A stretch of 64,000 bases of DNA from Promethearchaeota archaeon (GCA_030599585.1 JAUVNS010000008.1:160001-224000); one strand, 5' to 3'; numbered from the stretch's first letter, positions 28,619 through 39,143 are shown. Made by a program: numbers and translations. The notes: a model not told the origin generated them from the sequence alone.

Positions 28619-29848
28619 TTAATAGTACTTTCTTTCTGGAATAGTTTCTATAACATCTCGAATTTTACTTTTCATTTCATTAAAAATCTTTAGTGAACTA
28701 GTAAATTTATTCGATACTACGTCTACTAGATGCTTATCAAGAAAAGATTCCAATGATTTTAGTTTTTCAATATTTCCTTCTGTAATACAATATAAAAAGA
28801 ACTGATTTTCGAGTTTTTTAAATGATAAAAAACGATATTTTTGGAAACCTGATTTTACTGAAATCCATCTTGGATAACCTTTCATGTTTCCAAGAATTAT
28901 TGCTATAATCGCTTCAATTTTTGCAGTCAAGACTGATTCTCTAAAATCATTAATTTCAAATTCTTTTTTCTCTCGTTCTTCTTTAGAATTATTGTTTTCA
29001 GAATCAAGTTCAAATTGTTTTTGCTTTCCAAATTTTAAAACATCCTCTTTATCTAACAAAAGCGAAATAACACCAACCGTTTCAGATGATATTCCAAAAT
29101 AATCTAATCTGAGCCAATTATCTATATAATTAAAATTTGGTTTCTCGAATTTGACTTTTAATTCGACTGCTTCTTCTATATAATTTAAAAATATATTTAT
29201 TTTAATAGAAATCTGGCGTTTATCAATTTCAGCCAATTTTTTAATATTAATTTTATCCTTATGTATCATATCATTAAAAAACCATGAAATCTGATTGAAT
29301 ATCCAATCGCTATCTTTATCTGAAAAATTTCCTATGAGAATGTGTATAACTCCATTTTTCTCAAAAAAACGAGCGATTAACTTTTTTTCTCCTACATTCT
29401 CCTTGTTTCCAAAAATTATCAACATTTTGTCAAGCGTTCCAGATAAAATACTCGTAGAAATATAATCTAAATTATTTGTTAACTCTAAAATATACTTAGA
29501 TTTTTTATTGTTATAATATATGGGAATTCTCTCTTTTGAAACAATTCCGTAAAAAAAAAGGTTTTTGGGAATCTTTTTCTTTTTCTTTGATAAGACTTTA
29601 AGAGCTTTAGGTTCTATTTTTGGAATCTTTTTCTTTTTTGTTCTATTAATATTTTTTTTCGATTCAATTTTAAGATCTTTAGGTCCTACTTCAGTAAATA
29701 AATTATACTTTCCGTACATGAATCGAAACATTTTTATCGAAAAAAGATTACAATTTCTACAGATACAATCTTTTTGATAAGGCGCTACAAAAGTATATCC
29801 ACAATGTTCGCATTTTAACATATTATAAATTTTATCTTCATGTTCCAT
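28619..29848 (-). CDS. Hypothetical protein: N-terminal Zn finger, Lys-rich linker, two putative longin/roadblock-like domains
   Basis: CEHC...CRNC; apparent beta-beta-alpha-beta-beta-beta-alpha pattern twice in the C-terminal ~310 aa. Confidence 0.6.
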   Translation of the reverse strand: MEHEDKIYNMLKCEHCGYTFVAPYQKDCICRNCNLFSIKMFRFMYGKYNLFTEVGPKDLKIESKKNINRTKKKKIPKIEPKALKVLSKKKKKIPKNLFFYGIVSKERIPIYYNNKKSKYILELTNNLDYISTSILSGTLDKMLIIFGNKENVGEKKLIARFFEKNGVIHILIGNFSDKDSDWIFNQISWFFNDMIHKDKINIKKLAEIDKRQISIKINIFLNYIEEAVELKVKFEKPNFNYIDNWLRLDYFGISSETVGVISLLLDKEDVLKFGKQKQFELDSENNNSKEEREKKEFEINDFRESVLTAKIEAIIAIILGNMKGYPRWISVKSGFQKYRFLSFKKLENQFFLYCITEGNIEKLKSLESFLDKHLVDVVSNKFTSSLKIFNEMKSKIRDVIETIPERKYY

Positions 29849-30083
29849 TTTCTATTCTCTTTTTCAACCACTTTAACTATTAATAAAATCAAATTCTACA
29901 AATTTAAACTTATTTTTGTTTACTTTTGTGTAACTATAAAAAGATATGAACCAAAATGATTTTAAAATATTTAAGTAAAAAAAAAAGAAAAGAGATTACA
30001 TATATTTTCGTATAATTTTAAATACAAACTCATTATCCTTTAATTTAAAACATAGAATAAATAAAACTATTCAGCCTAAAGCG

Positions 30084-30434
30084 ATGAAAAAAGAAACCAA
30101 TTTGATAAGTGTATGCGGTTTAAACTGTGGCGAATGTGAGATTTATAATGCTCCTAAAAATGTAGAAATCGCTGAAAAATTAGTAACACATTTTTATGGT
30201 ATGTGGGATAACGTAAAAACTTCTGATTTTCATTGCGGTACTTGCAGAGGAGATCGATCAGAATGTTGGACTGAAGAATGTTGGATTCGAGAATGCTGCA
30301 TAGAGAATAAAAAATTAGATTTTTGTTTTGAATGTAACGAATTTCCATGTAATAAATTAATAGAATGGTCGAAAGAGAGTGAAAAATATGCCAACGCTTT
30401 ACAAACCCTCAAAAATATAAAAAAAAATAGATAA
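30084..30434 (+). CDS. DUF3795 family Cys-rich protein
   Basis: CGLNCGEC...CGTC...CWIRECC...FCFECNEFPC. Confidence 0.85.
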   Translation: MKKETNLISVCGLNCGECEIYNAPKNVEIAEKLVTHFYGMWDNVKTSDFHCGTCRGDRSECWTEECWIRECCIENKKLDFCFECNEFPCNKLIEWSKESEKYANALQTLKNIKKNR

Positions 30435-30460
30435 AGTTAGAAGAAAGTAAATTTCTATAT

Positions 30461-30892
30461 TTAATTCAATAATAAAACGACTGCTTCGCCATCAGTGACA
30501 AGTTCTTCGTTTTGATTATAAACCTTGGTATCGCATCTTATAAATTTTAATTTACCATCCTTTTTGGTGAACTTCTCTTTAACTGTTGCGACAGCCGTAA
30601 GATCATCTCCAAAAAAAACGGGTTTAATAAACCGTACGCTTTGTTCGCCGTAAAGTATCCCTGGTCCAAACAAATGCACACCTAAAGATGCTGATATTAG
30701 GCCTACACTAATAACTCCGTGAGCAACTTGCTTTCCAAACATTTGAGTCTTAGCATACTCTGGATTCACATGAATTGGGTTATAATCTCCAGAAACTTCA
30801 GCAAATTTCATCACATCTTCTTCTGTAATAGTTTTTGTGAATTTTGCAGAGTCTCCAACCTTATAATCATCAAATTTTACGGGTTCTAACAT
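30461..30892 (-). CDS. MaoC-family (R)-enoyl-CoA hydratase
   Basis: FAEVSGDYNPIHVNPEYA...FGKQVAHG hydratase motif; FIKPVFFGD. Confidence 0.92.
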   Translation of the reverse strand: MLEPVKFDDYKVGDSAKFTKTITEEDVMKFAEVSGDYNPIHVNPEYAKTQMFGKQVAHGVISVGLISASLGVHLFGPGILYGEQSVRFIKPVFFGDDLTAVATVKEKFTKKDGKLKFIRCDTKVYNQNEELVTDGEAVVLLLN

Positions 30893-31042
30893 AAATTCAA
30901 ATAATGAATAGACAGATAAAAATTTTGATGATTAAAATACTAGTATTGAAAATAGGTAAATGAAACCGCTTAAACATAAACCAAAACATTCTTGAGATAC
31001 AAAGTATTATAGAAATTTAATTACAGGGATTAACGATTATCT

Positions 31043-32275
31043 TTGAATGATTTGAGTACTTCTAAAGGAAATTCAAGAGTTAAAAGTAGAAATATCTTAG
31101 CTTTATGCATCGCTAAACTAATCCATGGATTTGGAGCAAGTATGTTTAACGTTGTATATCAACCATTTCTTTTAGACATTACAAATTCACTATTTATTAC
31201 TGGAGTTTTAGTTACTTTAGGCAGTGTTATGCAATTTCTGCCCATGCCTTTAGTAGGTAAGTTATCTGATAGGATAGGGCATAAAACTACAATTATCGCA
31301 AGCATTCCAATATATATTTTAGGATTAGTGTTAATTTTCATTTCAGATTCAAATAATATCCTTTACCTAATTTTTGGAATCGTCATGTTCTTCTTGGGAT
31401 TTACCCTAAATAACATGAATGGTCAATTCCTAGTAGCCGAAAATAGTGGATCGTCGAAGGGATTGATGTATAGTCTGATATTTTTTTCGTTCTTTCTTGG
31501 AAGCATCGGTGGAAATGCTTTTGTGATTTTTAGTAAATCGATTAGTACGCGCGTCTTCTTTTTAATATTTATGGGAATATTAATAGTAGAAGGCGTAATA
31601 TTCACATTTTTCCTATCAACTAAATGGAAAAAACAAAAAGCTGACGAACTCATAAATGAGGATCTTCACAGTAAAAAGGAGAAGCTATGGCTGCAATTTT
31701 TTAAGAATCCGAGGATGAGATCGATCCTTATTTTTTTTACTCTAGATATTTTTATTTATGGAATCTCTTTTTCCATTTACAACGGGGGATTACGCGACTA
31801 TTACCATTTAACAACTGTGGAAATATCTTTCATAGTTATTTGGATGAATATTACAAATATGTTATTCCAGATTCCCGCTGGACGTATCACTGATAAGCTC
31901 GGTAAAAAGAAATCTTTAATTTTAAGCGCAATAACGGGTTTAATTTTTTTCATCATAAATATTATAGCCTCGATATTGTGGTCTAATGGAATGACGTTTG
32001 TTCTGATTCCGTCTCTAGTGGTTGCCCATATAATATTTGCTTTTTCAATAATTACGTTTATTCCATCAGAGCAGATTATCCTTACAGATTTAGGAAAAAA
32101 TAAGAAAGCGGAATCGTATGGAATTGTATCATTTATTAGAGGTGTAGGATTTATTCCAACGGGTATAATAGGGGCTCTTTTAATAGAAAATGTCCATTAT
32201 TTAGCCCCCTTTATTATAACATCAATAGGGATTCTAGTGGAAATCTGGTTTTTGTTCAAATTCTTCCACGATTAG
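31043..32275 (+). CDS. MFS transporter
   Basis: GKLSDRIGHK and GRITDKLGKK motif A; about 12 TMs. Confidence 0.88.
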   Translation: MNDLSTSKGNSRVKSRNILALCIAKLIHGFGASMFNVVYQPFLLDITNSLFITGVLVTLGSVMQFLPMPLVGKLSDRIGHKTTIIASIPIYILGLVLIFISDSNNILYLIFGIVMFFLGFTLNNMNGQFLVAENSGSSKGLMYSLIFFSFFLGSIGGNAFVIFSKSISTRVFFLIFMGILIVEGVIFTFFLSTKWKKQKADELINEDLHSKKEKLWLQFFKNPRMRSILIFFTLDIFIYGISFSIYNGGLRDYYHLTTVEISFIVIWMNITNMLFQIPAGRITDKLGKKKSLILSAITGLIFFIINIIASILWSNGMTFVLIPSLVVAHIIFAFSIITFIPSEQIILTDLGKNKKAESYGIVSFIRGVGFIPTGIIGALLIENVHYLAPFIITSIGILVEIWFLFKFFHD

Positions 32276-32414
32276 TGTTTCTGCTTTTCTTATTGCTTAT
32301 CGTAGAAGTGTAAAAAAACTATTAAAAAGAGAAAGAATAAGAAATAAAATAATTCGAAAATTCAATTTAATAGTTTTTAAAATAATAAATAATAATTAAC
32401 TAAAGGTAGAAAAA

Positions 32415-33674
32415 ATGGGAAAATTAGCACGACGCGTTGCGATTGTTGGAGCGGGAATGTCACAATTTGGAAGATTATTCCCTTTGAAGCGAAACCCAGA
32501 TTTATGGGTAGATGCTTGGCTAGACGCAGTAAAAAGAGTAGATAATGGTATTGAACCTAAAGATGTTGACGCTTGTTATATTGGAAATTATTCTTCGGAT
32601 CTTTTTAATCATCAAGGTCATCTCGCACCCCAAATGGCAAACTTCGTAGGATTATCTCCAAAACCAGCATCTCGATTTGAAGGTGCCTGTGCCAGTAGTG
32701 GTGTTGCTCTGAGACAGGGTGTTATTGCGATAGCTTCAGGTATACACGATGTGATCGCTGTTGGTGGATGTGAAACGATGAATGAAGTATCGACAACTTT
32801 GGTAACAGATACTTTAGCTACGGCATCAGATAATTTATTTGAGTACCCTGCTGGCGCAACATTTCCGGGATTATATGCTGCTGTTGCTTCGGCACATTTC
32901 CACAAATACGGAACTAATGCTGAAGATTTAATGAGAATTGGAATTAAAAACCATGAAAATGGAACACAAAATCCATTCGCGCAAATGCAACTTTCAATAA
33001 AAGATCTAATGGATAAAAAATTGTCTAAATTGGAAAAACAAGGTAAAGATATTCCAGATTGGAAAGATGAATTCGATTTTCTTAAGAGTTCCTCTAACCC
33101 TATGATTGCGAGTCCTCTTCGCCTTTTTGATTGCTCTCTTGTAACTGATGGAGCCGCCTGTGTGTTTTTAGCTGCAGAAGATGTCGCCAAACAATTTACT
33201 GACACGCCAATTTGGATTACCGGAACAGGTCAAGGTAGTGCCGCATTATCTTTACACGATCGAGATTCATTAACAAGTTTTGTAGCAACAAAAGAAGCAG
33301 CAAGACAAGCTTATCAGATGGCAAACCTTACTCCAAAGGACATTCAAATAGCGGAATTACACGATTGTTTTACTATTGCTGAATTAGTAGCAATGGAAGA
33401 CTTAGATTTTTATGAAAAAGGTAAAGCTGTTGATGCTATACGCGATGGAGAATCAAAGCTAGACGGGCGCTTACCTTTGAACACATCTGGTGGGCTTAAA
33501 TCTAAAGGACATCCGGTAGGGGCTACGGGAGCTGCTCAAGCTGTAGAAATTTTCAAACAAATGAGGGGAATTGCTGAGAGGAATCGACAAGTTAAATTTG
33601 ATGTAGAGAAAGCACTCTCACACAATCTAGGTGGTAGCGGAGCTACATGTGTAGTTACAATTTATCAAAAATGA
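32415..33674 (+). CDS. Archaeal (SCP2-type) thiolase / acetyl-CoA acyltransferase
   Basis: EGACASSG (catalytic Cys), DCSLVTDGAA, ELHDCF, NTSGGLKSKGHPVGATG, HNLGG. Confidence 0.93.
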   Translation: MGKLARRVAIVGAGMSQFGRLFPLKRNPDLWVDAWLDAVKRVDNGIEPKDVDACYIGNYSSDLFNHQGHLAPQMANFVGLSPKPASRFEGACASSGVALRQGVIAIASGIHDVIAVGGCETMNEVSTTLVTDTLATASDNLFEYPAGATFPGLYAAVASAHFHKYGTNAEDLMRIGIKNHENGTQNPFAQMQLSIKDLMDKKLSKLEKQGKDIPDWKDEFDFLKSSSNPMIASPLRLFDCSLVTDGAACVFLAAEDVAKQFTDTPIWITGTGQGSAALSLHDRDSLTSFVATKEAARQAYQMANLTPKDIQIAELHDCFTIAELVAMEDLDFYEKGKAVDAIRDGESKLDGRLPLNTSGGLKSKGHPVGATGAAQAVEIFKQMRGIAERNRQVKFDVEKALSHNLGGSGATCVVTIYQK

Positions 33675-33684
33675 GGTGAAAAAA

Positions 33685-34107
33685 GTGTCAGAAAATGAAA
33701 AAGAATTTACGATGGAAAGTTATCTGGAATTTTTACAAAGTAAAAAACTCATGGGATCAAAATGTAAAGATTGTGGTGAAACATATGTACCTTCAAGAAA
33801 ATTATGCATAAAATGCAATTCAACAAATCTTGAATGGATTGAGATGTCAGGAAAAGGAAAAATAGCAGCGTTTTCTTGTATTGGAGTAGGAACATCATTT
33901 ATGGCTGAAAAAGGATATTCTATCAAAAATCCTTATTGCTTCTCGGTTATTAAACTTGACGAGGGACCAAAGATTTCGGGTCAATTGACGGGAGTTGACG
34001 AAAAACATCCTGAAACTATTAAAATTGGATCTCCAGTAAAGGTCAAATTTTTAGAAACTGAACTGAAAGGTGAAACAAGAATAGATTTAGGTTTTGAACC
34101 CGCTTAA
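33685..34107 (+). CDS. DUF35 Zn-ribbon/OB-fold acyl-CoA-binding partner of thiolase
   Basis: GSKCKDCG...CIKC...SGKG, PY...IKLDEG; GAGGTGA RBS before GTG 33685. Confidence 0.9.
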   Translation: MSENEKEFTMESYLEFLQSKKLMGSKCKDCGETYVPSRKLCIKCNSTNLEWIEMSGKGKIAAFSCIGVGTSFMAEKGYSIKNPYCFSVIKLDEGPKISGQLTGVDEKHPETIKIGSPVKVKFLETELKGETRIDLGFEPA

Positions 34108-34174
34108 ACACAAATTATTTATTTTTTATTTTAATTTTATTTGATAATATTTAGTAATTTCAAGCAACATAAGA

Positions 34175-35338
34175 ATGGTGTTTTTAATAAAAAAACCGTC
34201 TAAGCTTACTATAATCGCTTTTATTATGTTAATAGTAGTTATTCCTATCGTTATTCCAATTTTCCTTTTATTCAATGATAGTGAGTTTACAAACATTGAA
34301 ATCGAATTGCACTTCAATGGCGATACTGCCTACACTTATGTAGCTGACCAAATGAGCATAAATACCACACACTATAGAATACCTGGTACTCAAGGGAGAG
34401 AAGATTGCGCACAATATTTTATAACTAAATTTCAACAAATAAATCCTCTAATTGGCTATACTCTTCATAATTTTACAATTCAATCAGTAGAATGTCAGAA
34501 CGTTCTCTTTAAGATGAACGAAAACTTTACTAATATCTTAATTTTAGGGGCTCACTACGACTCTAGAGCTAGGGCTACAAAAGATTCGACAAATCCGGAT
34601 TTACCTGTCCCTGGAGCAAACGACGGTGCTAGTGGATCCGCTGTTCTTATAGAACTTGCTGAAGTTTTGTATAGTCGAATGAATAACTTGTCTGTTCAAA
34701 TTTGGTTTCTATTCTTTGACGCTGAAGATCAAGGAACCGATTTGGGAGTTGGAATTTCAGGGTGGGATTGGATTGAAGGTTCTAAGCAATTTGTGCTTGA
34801 AATTGACAATTTTTACAATTCATCAAAAGAAGATTTTGACGCCATGATTCTGTTAGATATGGTTGGAGGAACAAATTTGCGTTTTATTAACGAACAGCAC
34901 TCAACATCCTCGCTATTGAATGAACTCTTTGAAACTGGAAGACAATTGGGATATACAAGCGCGTTTCCTTCTGACCCAATTGTTACTTCTATATCCGATG
35001 ATCATGTACCATTTCTAAATTTTGGTATACCATCTGCTGACTTAATAATTAAATTTTGGAATCAACCTGCTGAATGGCCTTATCACCATACTACTGGCGA
35101 TGATATATCTCACATTTCAAATAATAGTCTAGAAATCACTGGAAAAACTGTAGAACAATTCATCTATAATAATTATTATGATATAACCGATCAATACCAA
35201 GGAAATTTTCCGTGGAGCGATGATTTTAACCTTCTGGATAGTGAGTTATTCCTGTTGATTTTGATTGTTTTGCCAATAATAGGTATTGCTGTTGTTGTAT
35301 TAGTCTGGCGTTCGCGATCAAAAAAGGATAATAATTAA
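34175..35338 (+). CDS. M28 family Zn peptidase / glutaminyl-cyclase-like, with N- and C-terminal membrane anchors
   Basis: GAHYDSR, GANDGASG, FDAEDQG, LLDMVG, DDHVPF, YHHTTGD. Confidence 0.9.
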   Translation: MVFLIKKPSKLTIIAFIMLIVVIPIVIPIFLLFNDSEFTNIEIELHFNGDTAYTYVADQMSINTTHYRIPGTQGREDCAQYFITKFQQINPLIGYTLHNFTIQSVECQNVLFKMNENFTNILILGAHYDSRARATKDSTNPDLPVPGANDGASGSAVLIELAEVLYSRMNNLSVQIWFLFFDAEDQGTDLGVGISGWDWIEGSKQFVLEIDNFYNSSKEDFDAMILLDMVGGTNLRFINEQHSTSSLLNELFETGRQLGYTSAFPSDPIVTSISDDHVPFLNFGIPSADLIIKFWNQPAEWPYHHTTGDDISHISNNSLEITGKTVEQFIYNNYYDITDQYQGNFPWSDDFNLLDSELFLLILIVLPIIGIAVVVLVWRSRSKKDNN

Positions 35339-35372
35339 TTCCTAAATAGTATTTCGAGTATAAATTTTAATT

Positions 35373-35993
35373 TTAAATTTTCTGGCCTAATATTGCACGA
35401 TGGTTAGTTTCATCGATGTATAATTCCGATAAATCAAAAGCGCTAAAAACCCTTTTAACTTCTGCGACAGTAAAAAAATGATGGGGAAGTCCCTTCTCTT
35501 GACCTACTAAAGGAATATATGTTCTTTTCTCAACTTTTCGCATATTTTTCATCTTAAGGTAAAAACCTTGAAGTAAAGGGAATGTAAGAAATATGAAGCC
35601 TTCTGGTTTTAAGGTGCGTCTTATTTCATTAACAGTAAACACAATATCTTTCATTAAATTGTGGTGAATTACTTGAATTGAGATAATAGCATCAAAAAAA
35701 CCATCTTTATAGGGAAAATTTTGCTCAATTTTTTGACAAGTTAATTCTGAAGCTAATTTCTCTTCATTTAACCAATTTTTTGCGATTTCCAAACCATTCG
35801 GAGACCCGTCAAGACCATAAACTTCGAATCTTTTTTTCAAAAAAAACAAAAGATGCCTTCCAGTTCCGCAGCCTAGGTCTAAAATTCGCCGAACCCCTTT
35901 TTCACTGAATAAGTTCGCTAACCTCTCCATATCTGGGTGTGGGGTAGTAAAATATTTACCCTTTTCAGCAAAAACATCGTCCCAGTCAGGCAT
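35373..35993 (-). CDS. Class I SAM-dependent methyltransferase
   Basis: ILDLGCGTGRH, GLDGS, FDAIIS, LKPEG. Confidence 0.9.
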   Translation of the reverse strand: MPDWDDVFAEKGKYFTTPHPDMERLANLFSEKGVRRILDLGCGTGRHLLFFLKKRFEVYGLDGSPNGLEIAKNWLNEEKLASELTCQKIEQNFPYKDGFFDAIISIQVIHHNLMKDIVFTVNEIRRTLKPEGFIFLTFPLLQGFYLKMKNMRKVEKRTYIPLVGQEKGLPHHFFTVAEVKRVFSAFDLSELYIDETNHRAILGQKI

Positions 35994-36020
35994 AATACTA
36001 TTTAAGTCAATAAACTCAAT

Positions 36021-36980
36021 TCAATGATCACATTCGTAGAAATAATGACCGAATTTCTCTTTAAAGGCTTCTGCGACTTCATTGGTTTTTGGACGAATAA
36101 ATGCGTAACCATCTTTAATTGTTTCATAGGTAACGGGTAATGAACCTAACACTTCACCGTCAACTTGGCAAAGATAAGGATCATCTTCTGATTTCAGCAT
36201 TTCAATTCGTACTTTTTTACTCTGATACTCAAAAACATCAGGATGTGGTAATAACGAGGCACTATACATTCTTTTAAATTGAAATAGCAATTTAAACTTA
36301 CCAATATCAACAACGCTAATATCAAATAATCCATCTTCTACACTTGCCTTTTGACACACGTACATTCCTCCTCCGTATGCCCCTCCATTTCCTACCGCGG
36401 TTAAATTAGCCCTTCCTTCGTAAGTTTCATTATCCATTACAACTCTTATTTCTCTGCTTTTCCATTTGAACAGTGTCTTAATAACGATAGAATTGTAGTT
36501 TTTTTCTTGGTTCTCGTTTGCCCTTTTCGCAACCTCTGCATCGAAGCCTTGTGATCCAATACCCAAAAAGTATCGTTCAACACCTTGATCTGTTTTAGCA
36601 AATCCTATATCTGATTTACCTGAATAACCTTCTGCGATAATTTCGCAAGCTCTTTTTATGTCAGGAGTTATCCCGATAACTGCGGGAATGTCATTTCCTG
36701 AACCCATAGGAATGAACCCACATAAAGCTCCAGATTTTGAACTAATGACGCCGTGTAAAACTTCATTACATGTGCCATCACCTCCCGCACCGATAACTTT
36801 ATGTCCTTCTTTAGCTAATTTACTCGCTAATTCAATAGCGTGTCCAGCATACTCCGACTTGAATAATTCATATGACTGCTTAAGATCGTCTAAACATTTT
36901 TTTGCGTATTCTATATCCTGTGCTGCCTGTTTCGACCCCCCAGCAATGGGATTATAGATAATCGCTAATTCTTTTTCCAT
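36021..36980 (-). CDS. Diacylglycerol/lipid kinase family (YegS/DgkB-like)
   Basis: YNPIAG, AGGDGTCNEV, IPMGSGND, GFDAEV, YGGGM, QVDGE. Confidence 0.92.
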   Translation of the reverse strand: MEKELAIIYNPIAGGSKQAAQDIEYAKKCLDDLKQSYELFKSEYAGHAIELASKLAKEGHKVIGAGGDGTCNEVLHGVISSKSGALCGFIPMGSGNDIPAVIGITPDIKRACEIIAEGYSGKSDIGFAKTDQGVERYFLGIGSQGFDAEVAKRANENQEKNYNSIVIKTLFKWKSREIRVVMDNETYEGRANLTAVGNGGAYGGGMYVCQKASVEDGLFDISVVDIGKFKLLFQFKRMYSASLLPHPDVFEYQSKKVRIEMLKSEDDPYLCQVDGEVLGSLPVTYETIKDGYAFIRPKTNEVAEAFKEKFGHYFYECDH

Positions 36981-37157
36981 AATTTATTCACGCAATTAAT
37001 CTTTGATACATTATATTCATTAAAATTCTATAGTATAATTTTAAATCTACAACTATATAAAAATTATAGTTTTGAGATAATCTAAAAATAGAATAGCATT
37101 TTGTTAAAAATCGAGATTTAACATTGAGTTATTAAGAGGATTGTTAATATTCTGATA

Positions 37158-37670
37158 TTATTTCTCTTTCCAAACGCATGAACAGCCAGAACAAATATAT
37201 TTCTTTCCATAAATCCTTGGATAGTCGCAGATGATATCGTTCTTATCAATTAATTCGTGTATTTTATACCAATTTTTATCATCGCATATGGGACACAGCC
37301 GACGGCCTTGAGGTTTTGGGATCGTTAAGATTTCTTCGGATCGTCCAAAAAGACCTTCATTTTTTATAGAATTAAGCATGATATTTTTTTTAATGAAACT
37401 TATTTGAGGAGCTTCAGAATAGTCCGTTTCTGAAGATTTGTGAGGTGTTTCAATAATTTTGGATCCAAATTTTTTTGTTTCGAGAATTTTTATGTAACTT
37501 GAAACTATCGGATTAATTTCACTCTTTTTAGGTAATCTTTCATATTCGCTAATGAAATTGTCTATAAAACTTTCGACATAATCTTTTTCAATGCTTAAAC
37601 CTTTTTCTTCAACTTCTTTAATAATGTCTCCAATGATATAATCTTTTAAGATCGGATCTTCCATAATCAT
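37158..37670 (-). CDS. Hypothetical protein with C-terminal Zn finger
   Basis: RRLCPIC...YGKKYICSGCSCVW; GGGTGAGG RBS upstream. Confidence 0.75.
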   Translation of the reverse strand: MIMEDPILKDYIIGDIIKEVEEKGLSIEKDYVESFIDNFISEYERLPKKSEINPIVSSYIKILETKKFGSKIIETPHKSSETDYSEAPQISFIKKNIMLNSIKNEGLFGRSEEILTIPKPQGRRLCPICDDKNWYKIHELIDKNDIICDYPRIYGKKYICSGCSCVWKEK

Positions 37671-37686
37671 TTACGAACGCCTCACC

Positions 37687-37727
37687 CTGATGAGATCACT
37701 TCAAATATGATGACCTCATTAAATCAG
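37687..37727 (-). promoter_or_regulatory. Stem-loop in the leader of the 37158..37670 gene
   Basis: Minus-strand AUGAGGUCAU / GUGAUCUCAU 10-bp stem (2 G-U pairs), 10-nt loop, immediately 5' of the RBS. Confidence 0.35.
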
Positions 37728-37918
37728 TAATTCTAGATTAAGATTTTATGATATAAAATACTATCTCAAAAGGGACTGGCATTTAAATATCTCAACTGTA
37801 GACACCTTCTTTTATCAGAATATGCTAAATCTTTAAGGGGCTTAGAACAAAATTTATATTAACATCTTTATTTAATTAGACAAGAGCAAGAGGAAATGTT
37901 AAAAATATAAAAAAAAAA

Positions 37919-38542
37919 ATGAAGAACGCAACAGAGAAAGAAAAAAAGCCCGTTTCTAGAAAGAAAATTATCATTGCGGTTGTAATGATTAGTATTGCGT
38001 TCTTTGGATCTTTCTTAGTGTATTTTATCCTTCAAGTTTCATTCAACACAGAATCCCCTATAGTAGTCGTAGTCAGTGGCTCAATGGAACCTCAAATACA
38101 TAAAGGTGACTTGTTGTTTGTAATGGGACGCGAACCAGAAAATATTAAAAACGGAACTATTATAGATAAAGATGGAGATATAATTGTATTCAACGCTCAG
38201 GGATTGTGGCCCTCAGCTCCTATCGAACCAATAGTCCACCGAGTGATTGATAAATACCAAGTAGGCGACACATGGTACTTCAGAACTAAAGGTGACGCTA
38301 ACTCGATTCCTGACGCAGCCCCAATTCCCGAATCTCGTGTTATCGGTGTTGTAGTCGGAGGTATTCCCTACATAGGCTGGGTGAAAATATTCCTTACAGA
38401 ATCTGGCTTATTAATCCCTTTATTAGTTATTATATCGGTGCTTCTTATTGTCAGCATAGTGAGAGATATATATAAAGGCGATGACGATGAACAGGATGAA
38501 AATAATAAAGATGAGCTCGAAAATGCTGAAGAAGAGCGTTAA
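37919..38542 (+). CDS. sec11: Signal peptidase I (archaeal/ER Sec11 type)
   Basis: PIVVVVSGSMEP (Ser), PIVHRV (His), TKGDAN, IPYIGWV. Confidence 0.93.
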   Translation: MKNATEKEKKPVSRKKIIIAVVMISIAFFGSFLVYFILQVSFNTESPIVVVVSGSMEPQIHKGDLLFVMGREPENIKNGTIIDKDGDIIVFNAQGLWPSAPIEPIVHRVIDKYQVGDTWYFRTKGDANSIPDAAPIPESRVIGVVVGGIPYIGWVKIFLTESGLLIPLLVIISVLLIVSIVRDIYKGDDDEQDENNKDELENAEEER

Positions 38543-38698
38543 TATCTGAGTTAAGTGAAAAAACACTCTCATTTTTAATGTTGAATTATCACAATCTTTG
38601 GACTGAAATCTCAAACTTTTGTCTTATAAATTAAACTTTAATATTGATTTAAAGTTAATAGTAAACATCAATAAAATTTTGATAAATTGATGATATAA

Positions 38699-38926
38699 AT
38701 GGCATGGACACCACCTACGAAATTTACAGTGCTCTTCAGCTTTTTACTCTTAGCAGGGGGATTGTTCATATTAGTTGAACAATACTTTGCGCTTGCTGGC
38801 GGCATCCTACCGCCCTTAACTTTCGGAACATTCACTTCTGATCAGTGGTGGGGCATTTTTGGGATGGGATTAGTTTTTCTCGCTTGGTTCCTGATGTTTC
38901 TAGGAGTAAGATTAAAAGGTTTATAA
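38699..38926 (+). CDS. Small two-TM membrane protein
   Basis: TPP start, two hydrophobic helices, ends LKGL; U-tract follows. Confidence 0.75.
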   Translation: MAWTPPTKFTVLFSFLLLAGGLFILVEQYFALAGGILPPLTFGTFTSDQWWGIFGMGLVFLAWFLMFLGVRLKGL

Positions 38927-39107
38927 TTAAAATCAACTTTTTTTTTTAAAAATTCTTTATTAACCAATGTTAGGTTTCAGCACTGGTCGTATTATTAAGA
39001 CTCTGAGAATTCAGTTGTTAGAAGTAAGGTTATAGATGATATTATTCGAATGAATATATATTAATAAGACAATAAGATTTTTATGAAAAAAACAATTAAA
39101 AACAAAT

Positions 39108-39143
39108 GTAATAAAATTCGTAATAAAATTCGTAATAAAAATC
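39108..39143 (+). repeat. Three tandem 12-bp direct repeats GTAATAAAA(T/A)TC upstream of alba
   Basis: gtaataaaattc gtaataaaattc gtaataaaaatc. Confidence 0.75.

Noticed and set aside
32618-33205. 195-aa antisense ORF inside the thiolase, and similar shadow ORFs (e.g. 477..830, 2385..2708, 11764..12186, 18583..18945, 56230..56586)
   Set aside because: Fully or largely overlap well-supported genes on the opposite strand, with no motifs; typical antisense shadows.
37687-37727. C/D-box sRNA, hammerhead or SECIS suggested by two TGATGA motifs
   Set aside because: No properly placed CTGA D/D' boxes, no GAAA hammerhead core and no tandem GA partner; explained as a simple hairpin.
39108-39143. CRISPR array
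   Set aside because: 12-bp head-to-tail repeats without spacers; no cas genes in the window.
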